Assembly (NCBI GenBank): GCA_965242495.1
Contig: OZ251446.1
Location: forward strand, 2,530,160-2,594,159
Direction of reading: 5' to 3'
Length of the DNA stretch: 64,000 nucleotides
Source of the DNA: Alphaproteobacteria bacterium
Lineage (GTDB): Bacteria > Pseudomonadota > Alphaproteobacteria > MPNO01
Of the stretch, positions 49,239 through 62,690 are shown piece by piece (the first letter of the stretch is position 1; every line of letters starts with the position of its first letter). The position numbers and the translations under genes were made by a program. The notes under the pieces were generated by a model, which did not search any database, was not told the origin of the DNA, and saw only the letters and a list, made by a program, of their open reading frames with translations.

Positions 49239-51806
49239 GTGGACGAGCGATACGACGTAAAGGCCACCGAAGCCCGGTGGCAGGCGGCGTGGGAGCGGTC
49301 GGGCGCGTTCCGCGCCGCGCCGGCGGCGGACAAGCCCAAATACTACGTCCTGGAGATGTTTCCCTACCCCTCGGGACGCATCCATATGGGGCACGTCCGC
49401 AACTACACCATGGGCGACGTCGTCGCCCGGTTCAAGCGCGCGCGCGGCTTCAACGTCCTGCACCCGATGGGGTGGGACGCCTTCGGCATGCCGGCCGAGA
49501 ACGCGGCGATGGAGCAGAACGACCACCCGGCGCGCTGGACCTACGACAACATTCGCACCATGCGCCGGCAGCTCAAGAAGATGGGGTTGTCGATCGACTG
49601 GAGCCGGGAGATCGCCACCTGCCATCCGGGCTATTACCGCTTTCAGCAGAAGATGTTCCTCGATTTTCTCGCCCGCGGGCTGGTCTATCGCGAAGACGGC
49701 TGGGTGAACTGGGACCCGGCGGAGCAGACGGTCCTGGCCAACGAACAGGTCATCGACGGGCGCGGTTGGCGCTCGGGGGCGGAGGTGGAGAAGCGCCGCC
49801 TGCCGCAATGGTTCTTCCGCATCACCGAATTCTCGGACGCGCTGCGCGAGGCCCTGCCGGCGCTCGACCGTTGGCCGGCCAAGGTGCGGCTGATGCAGGA
49901 GAACTGGATCGGCCGGTCGGAAGGGCTGCGCATGCGCTTCGCCCTCGAAGGGCGCGAGGACCGGCTCGACGTCTTCACCACGCGGCACGACACGATCTTC
50001 GGCGCCAGCTTCTGCGCCATCTCGCCGGAGCACCCGCTGGCGGAGGAGCTCGCCCGGGACGCGCCCGCGGTCGCCGCCTTCCTCGCCGATTGCCGCCGGC
50101 AAGGCGGCGGCGAAGCCGCGATCGAGCGCGCCGACAAGACCGGCGTCGACACCGGATTGCGCGCCCGTCATCCGTTCGACCCGGACCGGCTGCTGCCGGT
50201 CTACGTCGCCAACTTCGTGCTGATGGATTACGGTACCGGGGCGATCTTCGGCTGTCCGGCGCATGATCAGCGCGACCTCGAATTCGCCCGCAAATACGGC
50301 CTCGACGTGCTGCCGGTGGTGGTTCCCCGCGAGGCCGACCCGGCGACCTTCTCCATCGGCGCCGAAGCGTATCTGGGCGACGGCGCGCTGGCCAACTCGA
50401 CCTTCCTCGACGGGCTCGACGTGGACGACGCCAAGGAGGCCGTGGCCAAGCGGCTGGAGGCGCAGGGGGACGGGCGGCGCGAGGTGAATTACCGCCTGCG
50501 GGACTGGGGGATCTCGCGGCAGCGCTACTGGGGATGCCCGATCCCGGTCGTCCATTGCGACGCCTGCGGCCTGGTTCCGGCGCCGGAGCGCGACCTGCCG
50601 GTGCTGCTGCCCGACGACGTGGACTTCGACCGGCCCGGCAACCCGCTCGACCGCCACCCGAGCTGGGCGCGCACGCCCTGCCCGCGCTGCGGCCGCGCGG
50701 CCCGGCGCGAGACCAGCACGCTCGACACCTTCGTCGATTCGTCCTGGTATTTCGCCCGTTTCTGCTCGCCCCGCGCGGAGCGGGCGATCGCCCCCGAGGA
50801 GGGCGAATACTGGCTGCCGGTGGACCAGTACATCGGCGGCGTCGAGCACGCGATCCTGCACCTGCTCTATGCGCGTTTCTTCACCCGCGCCCTGAAGCGC
50901 TGCGGCTACGTCGCGATCGACGAGCCGTTCGCCGGCCTGTTCACCCAGGGGATGGTGCGCCACGAGACGTACCGGACCGAGGACGGCGCCTGGGTCGAGC
51001 CCGCGGACGTGACCCGGGACGACGGGCTGCGCCATCGCCGGACCGGGGCGCGGCTGACCGCGGGCCGGTCCGAGAAGATGAGCAAATCGAAGAAGAACGT
51101 CATCGACCCGGAAGACATCATCGCGACCTACGGCGCCGACACCGCGCGCTGGTTCATGCTGTCGGACAGCCCGCCGGAGCGCGATCTCGACTGGACCGAG
51201 GCCGGCATCGCCGGCGCCTGGCGGTTCGTCAACCGGCTGTGGCGGACGATCGCCGCCGCGCCCGGCGCGCTCGCCCCGGCCGATGCGCCCGCGCCCGCCG
51301 GCCTCGACTCCGAACCCGCCTTGCTGGCGGTCCGGCGGCGCACCCATCGCGCGATCCAGGCGGTCACCCAGGACCTCGACCAGTTCCGCTTCAACCGGGC
51401 GGTGGCGCGCATCCACGAGCTGGTCAACGCGGCCGGCGCGCTGACCGGCGACGACGACGGCGCGGCCTGGGTCCGGCGGGAGGCGTTCGACGCCACGGCC
51501 CGGCTGATCGGCCCGATGATGCCCCATCTGGCCGAGGAGTTGTGGCGGCGGCTCGGCCACGCGACGCCGCTGGTCGAGACTCCCTGGCCCGCGTTCGAGC
51601 CGGCGCTCGTCGCCGCGGACAGGGTGACAGTCGCGGTCCAGGTCAAGGGCCGGACGCGCGGCGCGGTCGATCTGCCGCGGGACGCGCCGCAAGCCGAAGC
51701 CGAGGCCGCGGCGTTCGCGCTGCCGGCCGTCGCCGCGGCGCTGGCGCAGGGTCCGGCCCGGCGGGTGGTCTTCGTCCCCAACCGGATCATCAATGTCGTG
51801 CCGTAG
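49239..51806 (+). CDS. leuS: leucine--tRNA ligase
   Basis: 855 aa; HMGH (…[11 protein letters not shown]…) and KMSKS (…EKMSKSKKN…) class-I motifs. Confidence 0.95.
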   Translation: MDERYDVKATEARWQAAWERSGAFRAAPAADKPKYYVLEMFPYPSGRIHMGHVRNYTMGDVVARFKRARGFNVLHPMGWDAFGMPAENAAMEQNDHPARWTYDNIRTMRRQLKKMGLSIDWSREIATCHPGYYRFQQKMFLDFLARGLVYREDGWVNWDPAEQTVLANEQVIDGRGWRSGAEVEKRRLPQWFFRITEFSDALREALPALDRWPAKVRLMQENWIGRSEGLRMRFALEGREDRLDVFTTRHDTIFGASFCAISPEHPLAEELARDAPAVAAFLADCRRQGGGEAAIERADKTGVDTGLRARHPFDPDRLLPVYVANFVLMDYGTGAIFGCPAHDQRDLEFARKYGLDVLPVVVPREADPATFSIGAEAYLGDGALANSTFLDGLDVDDAKEAVAKRLEAQGDGRREVNYRLRDWGISRQRYWGCPIPVVHCDACGLVPAPERDLPVLLPDDVDFDRPGNPLDRHPSWARTPCPRCGRAARRETSTLDTFVDSSWYFARFCSPRAERAIAPEEGEYWLPVDQYIGGVEHAILHLLYARFFTRALKRCGYVAIDEPFAGLFTQGMVRHETYRTEDGAWVEPADVTRDDGLRHRRTGARLTAGRSEKMSKSKKNVIDPEDIIATYGADTARWFMLSDSPPERDLDWTEAGIAGAWRFVNRLWRTIAAAPGALAPADAPAPAGLDSEPALLAVRRRTHRAIQAVTQDLDQFRFNRAVARIHELVNAAGALTGDDDGAAWVRREAFDATARLIGPMMPHLAEELWRRLGHATPLVETPWPAFEPALVAADRVTVAVQVKGRTRGAVDLPRDAPQAEAEAAAFALPAVAAALAQGPARRVVFVPNRIINVVP

Positions 51807-52290
51807 CCCTGCGCCCCTTCTGCTGCTTGCGGCCGTCGCGGCGGCAGGCTGCGGGTTCCGGCCGCTCTACGCCGAACGAGACGGAGCGCAGGCGGCGCTG
51901 GCCGCGATCGGGATCGCGCCGATCGAGCACCGCGCCGGCCAGCGCCTCCGCAACCTGCTGCTGGAGCGGCTCAACCCGGCGGGCGAGCCCGGGCGGCCGC
52001 GCTACGCGCTCGACGTCCGCCTCGCGGAACGGCGGCAGGACCTGGCGATCCGCAAGGACGCGACCGCGACGCGGGCCAATCTCGTCCTGACCGCAACCTA
52101 TCGGCTCGAACGCCGCGCCGACGGCGAGACGCTGCTGCGCGGCGAGGCGCGCTCGACCAACAGCTACAACATCGTCGACAATCCGTTCGCGGCCCTCGCC
52201 GCGGAGCGCGACGCGCGCATCCGGGCCGTGCGCGAACTCGCCGAGACGCTCAAGCTCCGGCTCGCTCTGTTCCTGAGCCGCGCCCGATGA
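51793..52290 (+). CDS. lptE: LPS-assembly lipoprotein LptE
   Basis: Lipobox …AAAGCG…, position between leuS and holA. Confidence 0.65.
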   Translation: MSCRSPAPLLLLAAVAAAGCGFRPLYAERDGAQAALAAIGIAPIEHRAGQRLRNLLLERLNPAGEPGRPRYALDVRLAERRQDLAIRKDATATRANLVLTATYRLERRADGETLLRGEARSTNSYNIVDNPFAALAAERDARIRAVRELAETLKLRLALFLSRAR

Positions 52291-53312
52291 AGCTCCGCCC
52301 GGCCGAGGTCGAGCGCGTCCTGCGCCGGCCCGACCCCGGTCTCCGCGCGGTGTTGGTCTACGGGCCGGACGAAGGGCTGGTGCGCGAACGCGCCGGCGCG
52401 CTGGCGCGGAGCGTCGTCGAAGACTTGGCGGACCCGTTCCGCGTCGGCGAGGTGACCGGGACGCAGCTCCGGCAGGACCCGGGACGCCTCGCCGACGAAG
52501 CGGCGGCGCTGTCGCTCACCGGCGGGCGGCGCGTGGTCCGCCTGCGCGGCGTGGACGACGGCGCGGCGGGCGCGCTCGAACCGGTGTTGGGTTCGCCGGC
52601 CGGAGACTCGCTGATCGTCGTCGAGGCCGGCGATCTGGGCCCGAGATCGCGACTCCGCAGGCTGTTCGAGCAGGCCGGGAACGCGGCCGCCCTGGCCTGC
52701 TACCAGGACGATGCGCGGACCCTGGAGGGGGTGGTCCGCCGGACGCTCGCCGAACGGGACCTGCGCCCGACGGACGACGCGGTGATCCATCTCTGCGCCA
52801 ATCTGGGCGGCGACCGCATGGTCAGCCGGAGCGAGCTGGAGAAGCTCTCGCTCTACGCCGCCGGGACCGGGACGGTCACGCTGGAGGATGCCGTCGCCTG
52901 CGTCGGCGACAGCGCCGCGGCGACGCTCGACGACCTGGCCGGGGCGGTGGCCGCGCGCGACCCGGCGGCGACCGGGCGGGCGCTCGGCCGCGCGCTGGAG
53001 ACGGGGGTCTCGCCGGTGGCGGCGCTGCGCGCCGTGGGCCGGCATTTCCAGCGGCTCCAGCTCGCCGCGGCGACGATCGATGCCGGGCGTTCGGCGGAGG
53101 AGGCGATGCGCGCGCTGCGGCCGCCGGTGTTCTTCAAACGCGCCGACGCCTTCCGCGCCGCGCTCCGGGCCTGGTCGGCGGCCGACTCGGGAGCCGCGCA
53201 GTCCGCCCTCGCCGAGGCCGAAATCCTGTGCAAGTCGACCGGGACGCCGGCGAACGCCGCCTGCGCAGCGGCGCTGATGCAGCTCGCCGGCGGGACCGGC
53301 GACGGCGGTTGA
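52287..53312 (+). CDS. holA: DNA polymerase III delta subunit
   Basis: …AVLVYGPDEGLVRERA… N-terminus, 341 aa, synteny leuS-lptE-holA. Confidence 0.8.
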   Translation: MKLRPAEVERVLRRPDPGLRAVLVYGPDEGLVRERAGALARSVVEDLADPFRVGEVTGTQLRQDPGRLADEAAALSLTGGRRVVRLRGVDDGAAGALEPVLGSPAGDSLIVVEAGDLGPRSRLRRLFEQAGNAAALACYQDDARTLEGVVRRTLAERDLRPTDDAVIHLCANLGGDRMVSRSELEKLSLYAAGTGTVTLEDAVACVGDSAAATLDDLAGAVAARDPAATGRALGRALETGVSPVAALRAVGRHFQRLQLAAATIDAGRSAEEAMRALRPPVFFKRADAFRAALRAWSAADSGAAQSALAEAEILCKSTGTPANAACAAALMQLAGGTGDGG

Positions 53313-53323
53313 CCCCGCTCTTC

Positions 53324-54202
53324 CTACCCCGCCGCGGGGTGGACCAGACGCCGCACGACGTCGTCGAGCTGGTCGGGCGTCGTATAGTGGATGATCAGCG
53401 CGCCGCCGCGTTTGTGCGTGCGCAGGCTGACCCGCAGGCCGAGAGATCCCGATAGCTCGCGGTCGATCGCGGTCTCGCCGACGGGCCGGCCCGTTTCGGC
53501 GCCTGCGCCGCCGCCCGGGAGAGCGCGCCGGACCAGCCGTTCGGTCTGGCGCACGCTGAGCCCGCGCGCCGCCACCGTCCGCGCCAGCGGGCCGGGCTCG
53601 GCGGCGGCGAGCAGCGCCCGCGCATGTCCCGCGCTCAGCCGGCCGTCGACGAGCATCGACGTCACCTCTTCGGGCAGGTTGAGCAGGCGCAGCATGTTGG
53701 CCACGTGGCTGCGGCTTCGGCCGACCAGCCGCGCGACGTCCTCCTGGCGATGGCCGAAGTCGTCGATCAACCCGCGATAGCCCTGGGCCTCCTCGACCGG
53801 GTTGAGGTCCTGGCGCTGGACGTTCTCGACGATCGCGATCTCGAGCGCGGCCCGGTCCGGGACCTCCCTGACCAGGACGGGCACTTCATGCAGCCGCGCC
53901 CGCTGCGCGGCGCGCCAGCGGCGTTCCCCGGCGACGATCTCGTAGCCGTCGGCCCGGTCGGGGTCGCGCCGCACCAGGATGGGTTGGAGGAGGCCCTGGG
54001 CGCGGATCGACTCGCTGAGCGAATCGATCCGCGCCTCGTCGAAATCGCGCCGCGGCTGTAGTCGGTTGGGACGCAGCAGGTCGATGCCGACCGTCTTCGA
54101 CGACCCGCCTTCGCCGGTCGGGTCGTCCGCCGCGCGGTCTTCGCCGAGCAACGCCGTCAGGCCGCGTCCCAGCGGCCGGTCGCGTCCCGGTCCGGCGTTC
54201 AT
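53324..54202 (-). CDS. parB: chromosome partitioning protein ParB
   Basis: …LQPRRDFDE…GLLQPILVR…YEIVAGERRWRAA… ParB box motifs. Confidence 0.9.
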   Translation of the reverse strand: MNAGPGRDRPLGRGLTALLGEDRAADDPTGEGGSSKTVGIDLLRPNRLQPRRDFDEARIDSLSESIRAQGLLQPILVRRDPDRADGYEIVAGERRWRAAQRARLHEVPVLVREVPDRAALEIAIVENVQRQDLNPVEEAQGYRGLIDDFGHRQEDVARLVGRSRSHVANMLRLLNLPEEVTSMLVDGRLSAGHARALLAAAEPGPLARTVAARGLSVRQTERLVRRALPGGGAGAETGRPVGETAIDRELSGSLGLRVSLRTHKRGGALIIHYTTPDQLDDVVRRLVHPAAG

Positions 54203-55023
54203 GCCCGGCCTCCTTCCTCCCGCCGCAGCATCTCGCCGGCGAGGCGCATATAGGCGCGGGCGCCGGTGCAGCGGACGTCGTAGATCAGAACCGGCTTGCC
54301 GTGGGACGGCGCCTCCGAGACCCGCACGTTGCGCGGGATGACGGTCTCGAACACCATGTCGCCGAAATAGCCGCGCACGTCTTCGGCGACGAGCGCGCTC
54401 AGCCGGTTGCGGGAATCGTACATGGTGAGCAGGATGCCCTGGATCGCCAGGCGTTCGTTGTGGGTCCGCCGGACGCGCTCAATCGTGCGCACCAGCTGGC
54501 TCAGCCCTTCGAGGGCGAGGAACTCGCATTGCAGCGGCACCAGCACCTTGTCGGCGGCGGCGAGGGCGTTGAGCGTCAACAGGCCGAGGGCGGGCGGACA
54601 GTCGATCAGCACGTAGTCGCGGCCCGAGGCCAGGCCGCCGATGGCGTCGCGCAGGCGATAGGCCCGGCGCGGCCGGTCGACGAGCTCGATTTCGGCGCCC
54701 GACAGGTCGAGCGTCGACGGCGCGACGGCGAGCCCCGGGATCCCGGTATCGACCGCCACCCGGTCCGCCGGCGCGCCGTCGAGCAGCATTTCGTAGACGC
54801 CCCGGGTCCGCCGCGCGCGTTCGATGCCGAGGCCGGTGGACGCATTGCCCTGCGGATCGATGTCGAGCAGCAGGACCTTGCGCCCGACCGCGGCCAGCGC
54901 GGTGGCGAGGTTGATCGCGGTGGTGGTCTTGCCGACCCCGCCCTTCTGGTTGGCGACCGCGACGATCCGGCAACCGCCGTCCGGCGGCGCGCCGTCGGCC
55001 CGCGGCGCGTCCCCTTCGCTCAT
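54199..55023 (-). CDS. parA: chromosome partitioning ATPase ParA
   Basis: Deviant Walker A KGGVGKTT, 4-nt overlap with parB. Confidence 0.9.
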   Translation of the reverse strand: MSEGDAPRADGAPPDGGCRIVAVANQKGGVGKTTTAINLATALAAVGRKVLLLDIDPQGNASTGLGIERARRTRGVYEMLLDGAPADRVAVDTGIPGLAVAPSTLDLSGAEIELVDRPRRAYRLRDAIGGLASGRDYVLIDCPPALGLLTLNALAAADKVLVPLQCEFLALEGLSQLVRTIERVRRTHNERLAIQGILLTMYDSRNRLSALVAEDVRGYFGDMVFETVIPRNVRVSEAPSHGKPVLIYDVRCTGARAYMRLAGEMLRREEGGRA

Positions 55024-55030
55024 GACGCCT

Positions 55031-55771
55031 TCACCGTTGTTTCACGTGAAACGCTCGACCGGCTGGCTCTCCGATCTCTCCGGTCTCGCCGGGCGCCCGC
55101 CGGGCGACGCGCTCCAGCCGCAGGATGCGAGCCGCCGGCTCGGTCGCGCTGGGGCGGATTTCGACGCGCATACGCCACAGCCGGCGCGCGGCCGTCAATT
55201 CCTCCCGCCAGGCGGCGCCCTTCGGGAACAGGCAGCAGGACGCGGCGAGGGCGACCGGCCGCAGGAAGGGCCGCGCATAGTCGAGCAGCCGGGGGAGCGG
55301 GGCGAGGGCGCGGGCGGTCACGACGTCGCTGGGCCAGGCGTCGAGGCGCTCGATCCGTTCGGCGTAGACCCGCGCCGGCGCGCCGGTCAGCCGAATGCAC
55401 TCCTCCAGGAAGGCCGCCTTCCTGGAATCGGCCTCGACGAGGCGGGTCTCGACGCCCGCGATTACGGCGAGCACCAGCCCCGGAAACCCGGCGCCGCTGC
55501 CGAGATCGGTCAGCCGCGCCGCGCCGGGCGGCAGATGGGCGGCGAGCTGCGCCGAATCGAGCATGTGGCGGCGCCACAGATCGTCGAGGCTGCGCCGGCT
55601 CGCCAGATTGACCCGCGGTCGCCAGCGGAGGAGGCAATCGGCGTAGGCGACCAGCCGGTCCAGCGTTTCACGTGAAACACCGGCCGCGCGGCGGAAACGC
55701 CGGGCGTCGAGCGGCGCGCCGGCGGAGTCGGAGACCGGGTGGATTGCGGCCGCCTGGGGCGGGGCGTTCAA
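55031..55771 (-). CDS. rsmG: 16S rRNA (guanine527-N7)-methyltransferase
   Basis: …VSRETLDRL…, …DLGSGAGFPGLVLA… SAM motif. Contains parS-1 and parS-2 at its ends. Confidence 0.85.
   Translation of the reverse strand: MNAPPQAAAIHPVSDSAGAPLDARRFRRAAGVSRETLDRLVAYADCLLRWRPRVNLASRRSLDDLWRRHMLDSAQLAAHLPPGAARLTDLGSGAGFPGLVLAVIAGVETRLVEADSRKAAFLEECIRLTGAPARVYAERIERLDAWPSDVVTARALAPLPRLLDYARPFLRPVALAASCCLFPKGAAWREELTAARRLWRMRVEIRPSATEPAARILRLERVARRAPGETGEIGEPAGRAFHVKQR
55038..55053. promoter_or_regulatory. parS site 1 (TGTTTCACGTGAAACG)
   Basis: 15/16 match to the parS consensus tGTTtCACGTGAAACa. At the rsmG 3' end/parA start. Confidence 0.75.
55663..55678. promoter_or_regulatory. parS site 2 (CGTTTCACGTGAAACA)
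   Basis: 15/16 match. Inside the rsmG 5' end (encodes VSRET). Confidence 0.75.
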
Positions 55772-55774
55772 GGC

Positions 55775-57649
<1,875 letters not shown>

Positions 57650-57668
57650 CGTAGCCGCGGGCGCGGAG

Positions 57669-57684
57669 CGTTTCACGTGAAAAT
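57669..57684. promoter_or_regulatory. parS site 3 (CGTTTCACGTGAAAAT)
   Basis: 14/16 match. Just upstream of mnmG. Confidence 0.6.
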
Positions 57685-57766
57685 TTTTAGAAGGGTTGTA
57701 AAATACGGCTTCCCCGCCGGGTCGCGAATCGACGGCCGTCCCGCCCGCAACCGCCGCGCCGGTCGG

Positions 57767-59098
57767 TCACTTGCCGATGCAGAAATCGCGGAAGACGACG
57801 TCGAGCAGCTCCTCGACGTCGACCCGCCCGGTGATCCGGCCCAGGGCGCGGGCGGCGAGGCGGTAATCCTCCGCGGCGAGTTCGGGCAGCGGGGCGGTCC
57901 GGGCGCGGCGCAGCGCCTCCAGGCACGCTTCGAGCGCCGCCCGATGCCGCGCGCGGGTCAGGGCGGGCGCGCCGGCGGGATCGAAGCGCCGGGCCGCCAG
58001 CCGCCCGATCTCCTCCAGCAGCGGGCCGATCCCCGCCCCGGTCCGCGCCGATATGCGCTGCGGCGCGCGGCCGGCGAGCGCGGCGGGGCCCGGGGCGAGG
58101 TCGATTTTGTTGACCACCGGAACGGCGTCCGCATCGTCCGCCAGCAACGCCGCCGACGCCGCATCGGAGGCCGGGGCGTCGGCCGCGAACATCACGATCC
58201 GGAGGTCCGCCTCCGCGGCCTGCGCATAGGCGCGGCGCACCCCCTCGCGCTCGATCTCGCCGCCGCCCGGGCGAAGCCCGGCGGTGTCGGCGACCGTCAC
58301 CGGATAGCCGGCGAGATCGAGCGCGACTTCGATCACGTCGCGGGTGGCGCCCGCCACCGGCGAGACGATCGCGGCGTCGCGGCGGGCCAGCCGGTTCAAC
58401 AGGCTCGACTTGCCGACGTTGGGCGCGCCCAGGATGGCGATGCGGACGCCGTCGCGCAGCCGCTCGCCCCGCCTTCCGTCGTCGAGATGGGCGGCGATGG
58501 CGGCGATCAGCTCGCCCGCCTCGGCCGCGGCGTCGGCGGTCGCGGTCTCCGGGACGTCCTCGTCGGCGAAGTCGATCGCCGCCTCGCCATGGGCGAGCAG
58601 GCGGACCAGCCGGGCGCGCCAGCCGTCGTACAGCGCGCCGAGCTCGCCCGCCATCTGGCGGAGCGCCTGGCGGCGCTGCGCCGCGGTCTCCGCGGCGACC
58701 AGATCGGCGACGCCCTCGGCCGCGGTGAGGTCCATCTTGCCGCGCTCGAACGCGCGCCGGGTGAACTCGCCGGGTTCGGCGAGGCGGAGGCCGGGGAGTC
58801 CGGCGAGGGCTTCGGTCACGGCGTCGACGCCGGCGCGGCCGCCATGGACGTGGAGCTCCGCCACGTCCTCGCCGGTGAAGCTCGCCGGGCCGGGGAACCA
58901 GAGGCAGAGCCCGTCGTCGAGCGTCTCCCCCGTGTCGGGGCGGCGCAGACGCGCGCGCACCGCCCGGCGCGGCGGCGGCAGGCCGCGCCCGGCGAGGCGC
59001 CGGAGCGCGCGGCCGGCGGCGGGGCCGGACAGGCGGAAGACCGCGATCCCGGCGCGTCCCGGCGCCGACGACAGGGCGAAGATGGTGTCGCCGGTCAT
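57767..59098 (-). CDS. mnmE: tRNA modification GTPase MnmE (TrmE)
   Basis: …IAILGAPNVGKSSLLN… G1, …DTAG… G3, C-terminal CIGK. Confidence 0.9.
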   Translation of the reverse strand: MTGDTIFALSSAPGRAGIAVFRLSGPAAGRALRRLAGRGLPPPRRAVRARLRRPDTGETLDDGLCLWFPGPASFTGEDVAELHVHGGRAGVDAVTEALAGLPGLRLAEPGEFTRRAFERGKMDLTAAEGVADLVAAETAAQRRQALRQMAGELGALYDGWRARLVRLLAHGEAAIDFADEDVPETATADAAAEAGELIAAIAAHLDDGRRGERLRDGVRIAILGAPNVGKSSLLNRLARRDAAIVSPVAGATRDVIEVALDLAGYPVTVADTAGLRPGGGEIEREGVRRAYAQAAEADLRIVMFAADAPASDAASAALLADDADAVPVVNKIDLAPGPAALAGRAPQRISARTGAGIGPLLEEIGRLAARRFDPAGAPALTRARHRAALEACLEALRRARTAPLPELAAEDYRLAARALGRITGRVDVEELLDVVFRDFCIGK

Positions 59099-59193
59099 CT
59101 ACGAAGGAGCCTCCGGCTCGTCGGGACGTCCGATCGCCGACGATGGATGGTTTCGCCGGTCGTTTACGGGGGAGCCTCCGGGTGCTAAGTGAG

Positions 59194-59282
59194 GATCCGC
59201 TCGCGGCGCGCGCGGGCTCCGATGTACGACGACACGGAAGACGGCGACGTTTTCCATCCGCTCGCGGCGCGCGCGGGCTCCG
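59194..59282. repeat. 28-bp perfect direct repeat (two copies, 33-bp spacer) in the mnmE / thioredoxin-domain divergent intergenic region
   Basis: atccgctcgcggcgcgcgcgggctccga at 59194-59221 and 59255-59282. Confidence 0.5.
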
Positions 59283-59341
59283 ACCGGTATAGGTGATCGA
59301 ATGACGGCGTTCAATCGACGGCCCCGGCGGACGCCGGCCCG

Positions 59342-61357
59342 ATGACGGAAAACCTCCTCGGCCGCGAGACCAGCCCCTATCTGCTTCAGCATGCGGACAA
59401 CCCGGTCCATTGGCGGCCCTGGGGGCCGGAGGCGCTGGCCCTCGCCGGGCGGGAGAACAAGCCGGTCCTGATGTCGATCGGCTACGCCGCCTGCCATTGG
59501 TGCCACGTGATGGCGCATGAGAGCTTCGAGGATCCGGCGACCGCGGCGCTGATGAACGAGCTGTTCGTCAACGTCAAGGTGGACCGGGAGGAGCGCCCCG
59601 ACCTCGACACGATCTATCAGCACGCCCTGCAGCTGATGGGCCAGCAGGGCGGCTGGCCGCTGACGATGTTCCTCGACGCGGAGGGCAAGCCGTTCTGGGG
59701 CGGCACCTACTTCCCGCCCGACGACCGGTTCGGGCGGCCCGGCTTCAAGCGGGTGCTGACCGCGGTGGCGAACTTCTATCGCGAGAAGCCCGACAAGGCG
59801 GCCGAGAGCGCCGCCGGGCTGACCGGGGCGCTCGGGGCGCTCGGGCGGTCGAGCCCTGGCGGGACCATCCCCATCCGGGTCAACGACCAGGCGGCGAGCC
59901 GGCTGGCGAAGGAGTTCGACAAGGTCCATGGCGGCATCGGCGGCGCGCCCAAATTCCCCAACCCCAGCGTCCTGCAGCTGCTGTGGCGCGCCTGGCGGCG
60001 GACCGGCGACGCCGAGTGCCGGGACGCGGTGCTGCTCACCCTCGACCGGATGAGCCAGGGCGGCATCTACGACCATCTGGGGGGCGGCTATGCGCGCTAC
60101 GCCACCGACGGGGCCTGGCTGGTCCCCCATTTCGAGAAGATGCTCTACGACAACGCCCAGCTGATCGAGCTGCTGACCGCGGCGTGGCAGGACACCGGCT
60201 CGCCGCTCTACGCCGCCCGCGTCCGCGAGACCGCGGAATGGATGCTGCGCGAGATGATCGCCGAGGGCGGCGGTTTCGCGGCGACGCTCGACGCCGACAG
60301 CGAGGGCGAGGAGGGCCGGTTCTACGTCTGGACCGAGGGCCAGATCGACGACGTCCTGGGCGCGGACGCCGCGCCGTTCAAGCGCGCCTACGACGTCCGC
60401 CCGGGCGGCAACTGGGAAGGCAAGTCGATCCTCAACCGCAACCACGACGCCGGCCCGTTCGACGCCGCCGCGGAGGCGCGGCTCGCCGACTGCCGCGCCC
60501 GGCTGCTCGCCGAGCGCGGCAAGCGCGCGCGGCCGGGCTGGGACGACAAGGTCCTGGCCGATTGGAACGGGCTCGCGATCGCCGCCCTGGCCCATGCGGG
60601 CGTCGTGTTCGACGCGCCCGGCTGGATCGACGCCGCCGCCGCGGCCTTCCGTTTCGTGTCCGAGACGATGCGCCCGGACGGGCGGCTGCGGCACAGTTCG
60701 CGGGGCGGGCGGGCGCGCCATGCCGCGACGCTCGACGACTACGCCAACATGGCCGGGGCGGCGACCGTCCTGTTCGAGGTCACGGGCGAGCGAGGCTATC
60801 TCGACCGGGCGGCCGAATGGGCGGCGACGCTCGAGGCGCATTACGCGGACGCCGAGGGCGGCGGCTACTTCCTCACCGCGGACGACGCCGAGGCGCTCAT
60901 CGTGCGCACCAAGAGCGCCGCCGACAACGCGACGCCGTCGGGCAACGGCGCGGTCGCGGGCGTCCTCGCCCGACTCTACTACCTGACCGGCGAGGACCGC
61001 TATCGCGCCCGCGCCGAGGCGACCGTGGCCGCCTTCGCCGGCGAGGTCGAGCGCAACTTCTTCCCGCTCGCCACCCTGCTGAACGGCAGCGAGCTGCTGC
61101 AACGCGCGACTCAGATCGTCATCGCCGGCGAACGCGGCGAGGCGAATTTCGAGGCGCTCCGGCGCGCCGCCTTCGCCGCGCCCCTGCCGACGCGGCTGAT
61201 CAGCGCCGTCGCGCCGGGCGGCGACCTTCCGCCTGCCCACCCGGCGCACGGCAAGGGTCCGGTGAAGGGGCGGGCGGCCGCCTATGTGTGCGCCGGCCCG
61301 ACCTGTTCGCCGCCGATCCTGGAAGCCGAAGAACTCCGGCGGACGCTGGCGCCGTGA
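59342..61357 (+). CDS. thioredoxin-domain protein (DUF255/YyaL, six-hairpin glycosidase-like C-terminus)
   Basis: …[20 protein letters not shown]… thioredoxin-like CxxC. 671 aa, typical YyaL/SPATA20 architecture. Confidence 0.8.
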   Translation: MTENLLGRETSPYLLQHADNPVHWRPWGPEALALAGRENKPVLMSIGYAACHWCHVMAHESFEDPATAALMNELFVNVKVDREERPDLDTIYQHALQLMGQQGGWPLTMFLDAEGKPFWGGTYFPPDDRFGRPGFKRVLTAVANFYREKPDKAAESAAGLTGALGALGRSSPGGTIPIRVNDQAASRLAKEFDKVHGGIGGAPKFPNPSVLQLLWRAWRRTGDAECRDAVLLTLDRMSQGGIYDHLGGGYARYATDGAWLVPHFEKMLYDNAQLIELLTAAWQDTGSPLYAARVRETAEWMLREMIAEGGGFAATLDADSEGEEGRFYVWTEGQIDDVLGADAAPFKRAYDVRPGGNWEGKSILNRNHDAGPFDAAAEARLADCRARLLAERGKRARPGWDDKVLADWNGLAIAALAHAGVVFDAPGWIDAAAAAFRFVSETMRPDGRLRHSSRGGRARHAATLDDYANMAGAATVLFEVTGERGYLDRAAEWAATLEAHYADAEGGGYFLTADDAEALIVRTKSAADNATPSGNGAVAGVLARLYYLTGEDRYRARAEATVAAFAGEVERNFFPLATLLNGSELLQRATQIVIAGERGEANFEALRRAAFAAPLPTRLISAVAPGGDLPPAHPAHGKGPVKGRAAAYVCAGPTCSPPILEAEELRRTLAP

Positions 61358-61866
61358 CCGGGACGGGCGGCCTCCGCATCGACAGGATCGACACGCCGTT
61401 CGGGCCGATGTCGCTATACGAACGCGACGGCGCGATCTGCGCCCTGGCGTGGGGCGCGCCGGCCGCGGTCGGGACGGCGGCCGAGGCGGCGGCGGCGGGG
61501 CCGGGCGGCGCGCCGCCGAGCGACGCGGCGCGCCAGCTGGGCGAGTATTTCGCCGGACGGCGGCGGCGTTTCGACCTTGCGCTGGCGGCGCCGGAAACCC
61601 GGTTCCAGCGCGCGGTGCGGGACGCCCTGCTGGCGATCCCCTACGGCGCCACGCGAAGCTACGCGGAGGTCGCGGACGCGCTCGGCAACGCCCCGCGCGC
61701 GGTGGGCCAGGCCTGCAGGCGCAACCCGGTCGCGGTCGTCGTTCCCTGCCACCGGATCGTCGGACGCCGCGGGTTGGGCGGCTATGCGGGCGCCGTGAGC
61801 GGGGACATGCCGGCGACCAAACGCGCGCTGCTGGACCTCGAAGCCGGGCGCGGCGCCTTGCGGTGA
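61354..61866 (+). CDS. ogt: methylated-DNA--protein-cysteine methyltransferase
   Basis: GTGA overlap with upstream gene. Active site VPCHRIV. Confidence 0.85.
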   Translation: MTGTGGLRIDRIDTPFGPMSLYERDGAICALAWGAPAAVGTAAEAAAAGPGGAPPSDAARQLGEYFAGRRRRFDLALAAPETRFQRAVRDALLAIPYGATRSYAEVADALGNAPRAVGQACRRNPVAVVVPCHRIVGRRGLGGYAGAVSGDMPATKRALLDLEAGRGALR

Positions 61867-61982
61867 CGGGGCGCGGCGGCGGGGGCGGCGACGGGGGCGG
61901 CGACGGGGCGCGGTGACAGGGCGCCCGGGCCGGGGTATCCTTCGCCCGTGCGCGGCAACCAACGCAGAGGGAGACATCGGCG

Positions 61983-62690
61983 ATGCCCGACATCACCATT
62001 CGAGCCTCCGACGGCGGCGACTTCGGCGCCTATCTCGCGCGCCCGGCCTCGGGAGCGGGGCCCGGCCTCGTCGTCATCCAGGAGATCTTCGGCGTCAACG
62101 GCGTCATGCGCGACCTGTGCGACGGCTATGCGCGCGACGGTTTCATCGCCTGCAGCCCGGACCTGTTCTGGCGTCAGGAGCCCGGCGTGCAGCTCACCGA
62201 CAAGACCGAGGAGGAATGGGGCCGGGCGTTCGGCTACCTGCAAAACTTCGACTACGAGAAGGGCGTCGCCGATCTGCAGGCCACGCTGTCCCACCTGCGC
62301 GGGCTCGACGGCTGCGACGGCAAGGCGGGGAGCGTCGGCTACTGCCTGGGCGGCAGCCTCGCCTACATGACCGCCTGCTTCACCGACGCCGACGCCGCGG
62401 TCGGCTTCTACCCGGTGCAGATCGAAGGACAGCTGGCGCATGCGGCCAAGGTCACGAAACCGGCCATGCTCCACCTCGCCGAGAAGGACGGGTTCTGCCC
62501 GCCCGAGGCGCAGCAACAGATCAAGGACGGGCTCGGCGCCAACGCGCATTTCACGATCCACTCCTATGCGGGGGTGGACCACGCCTTCGCGCGGGTCGGC
62601 GGCCAGAACTACGACCGCGACGCCGCGCAGCTGGCCAACCGGCGGACCGTCGATTTCCTGCGGGCGAATCTCGCCGGAGGGGCGGCATGA
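61983..62690 (+). CDS. dienelactone hydrolase family protein
   Basis: …GYCLGGSLA… nucleophile elbow (Cys-type DLH), …GVDHAF…. Confidence 0.8.
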   Translation: MPDITIRASDGGDFGAYLARPASGAGPGLVVIQEIFGVNGVMRDLCDGYARDGFIACSPDLFWRQEPGVQLTDKTEEEWGRAFGYLQNFDYEKGVADLQATLSHLRGLDGCDGKAGSVGYCLGGSLAYMTACFTDADAAVGFYPVQIEGQLAHAAKVTKPAMLHLAEKDGFCPPEAQQQIKDGLGANAHFTIHSYAGVDHAFARVGGQNYDRDAAQLANRRTVDFLRANLAGGAA

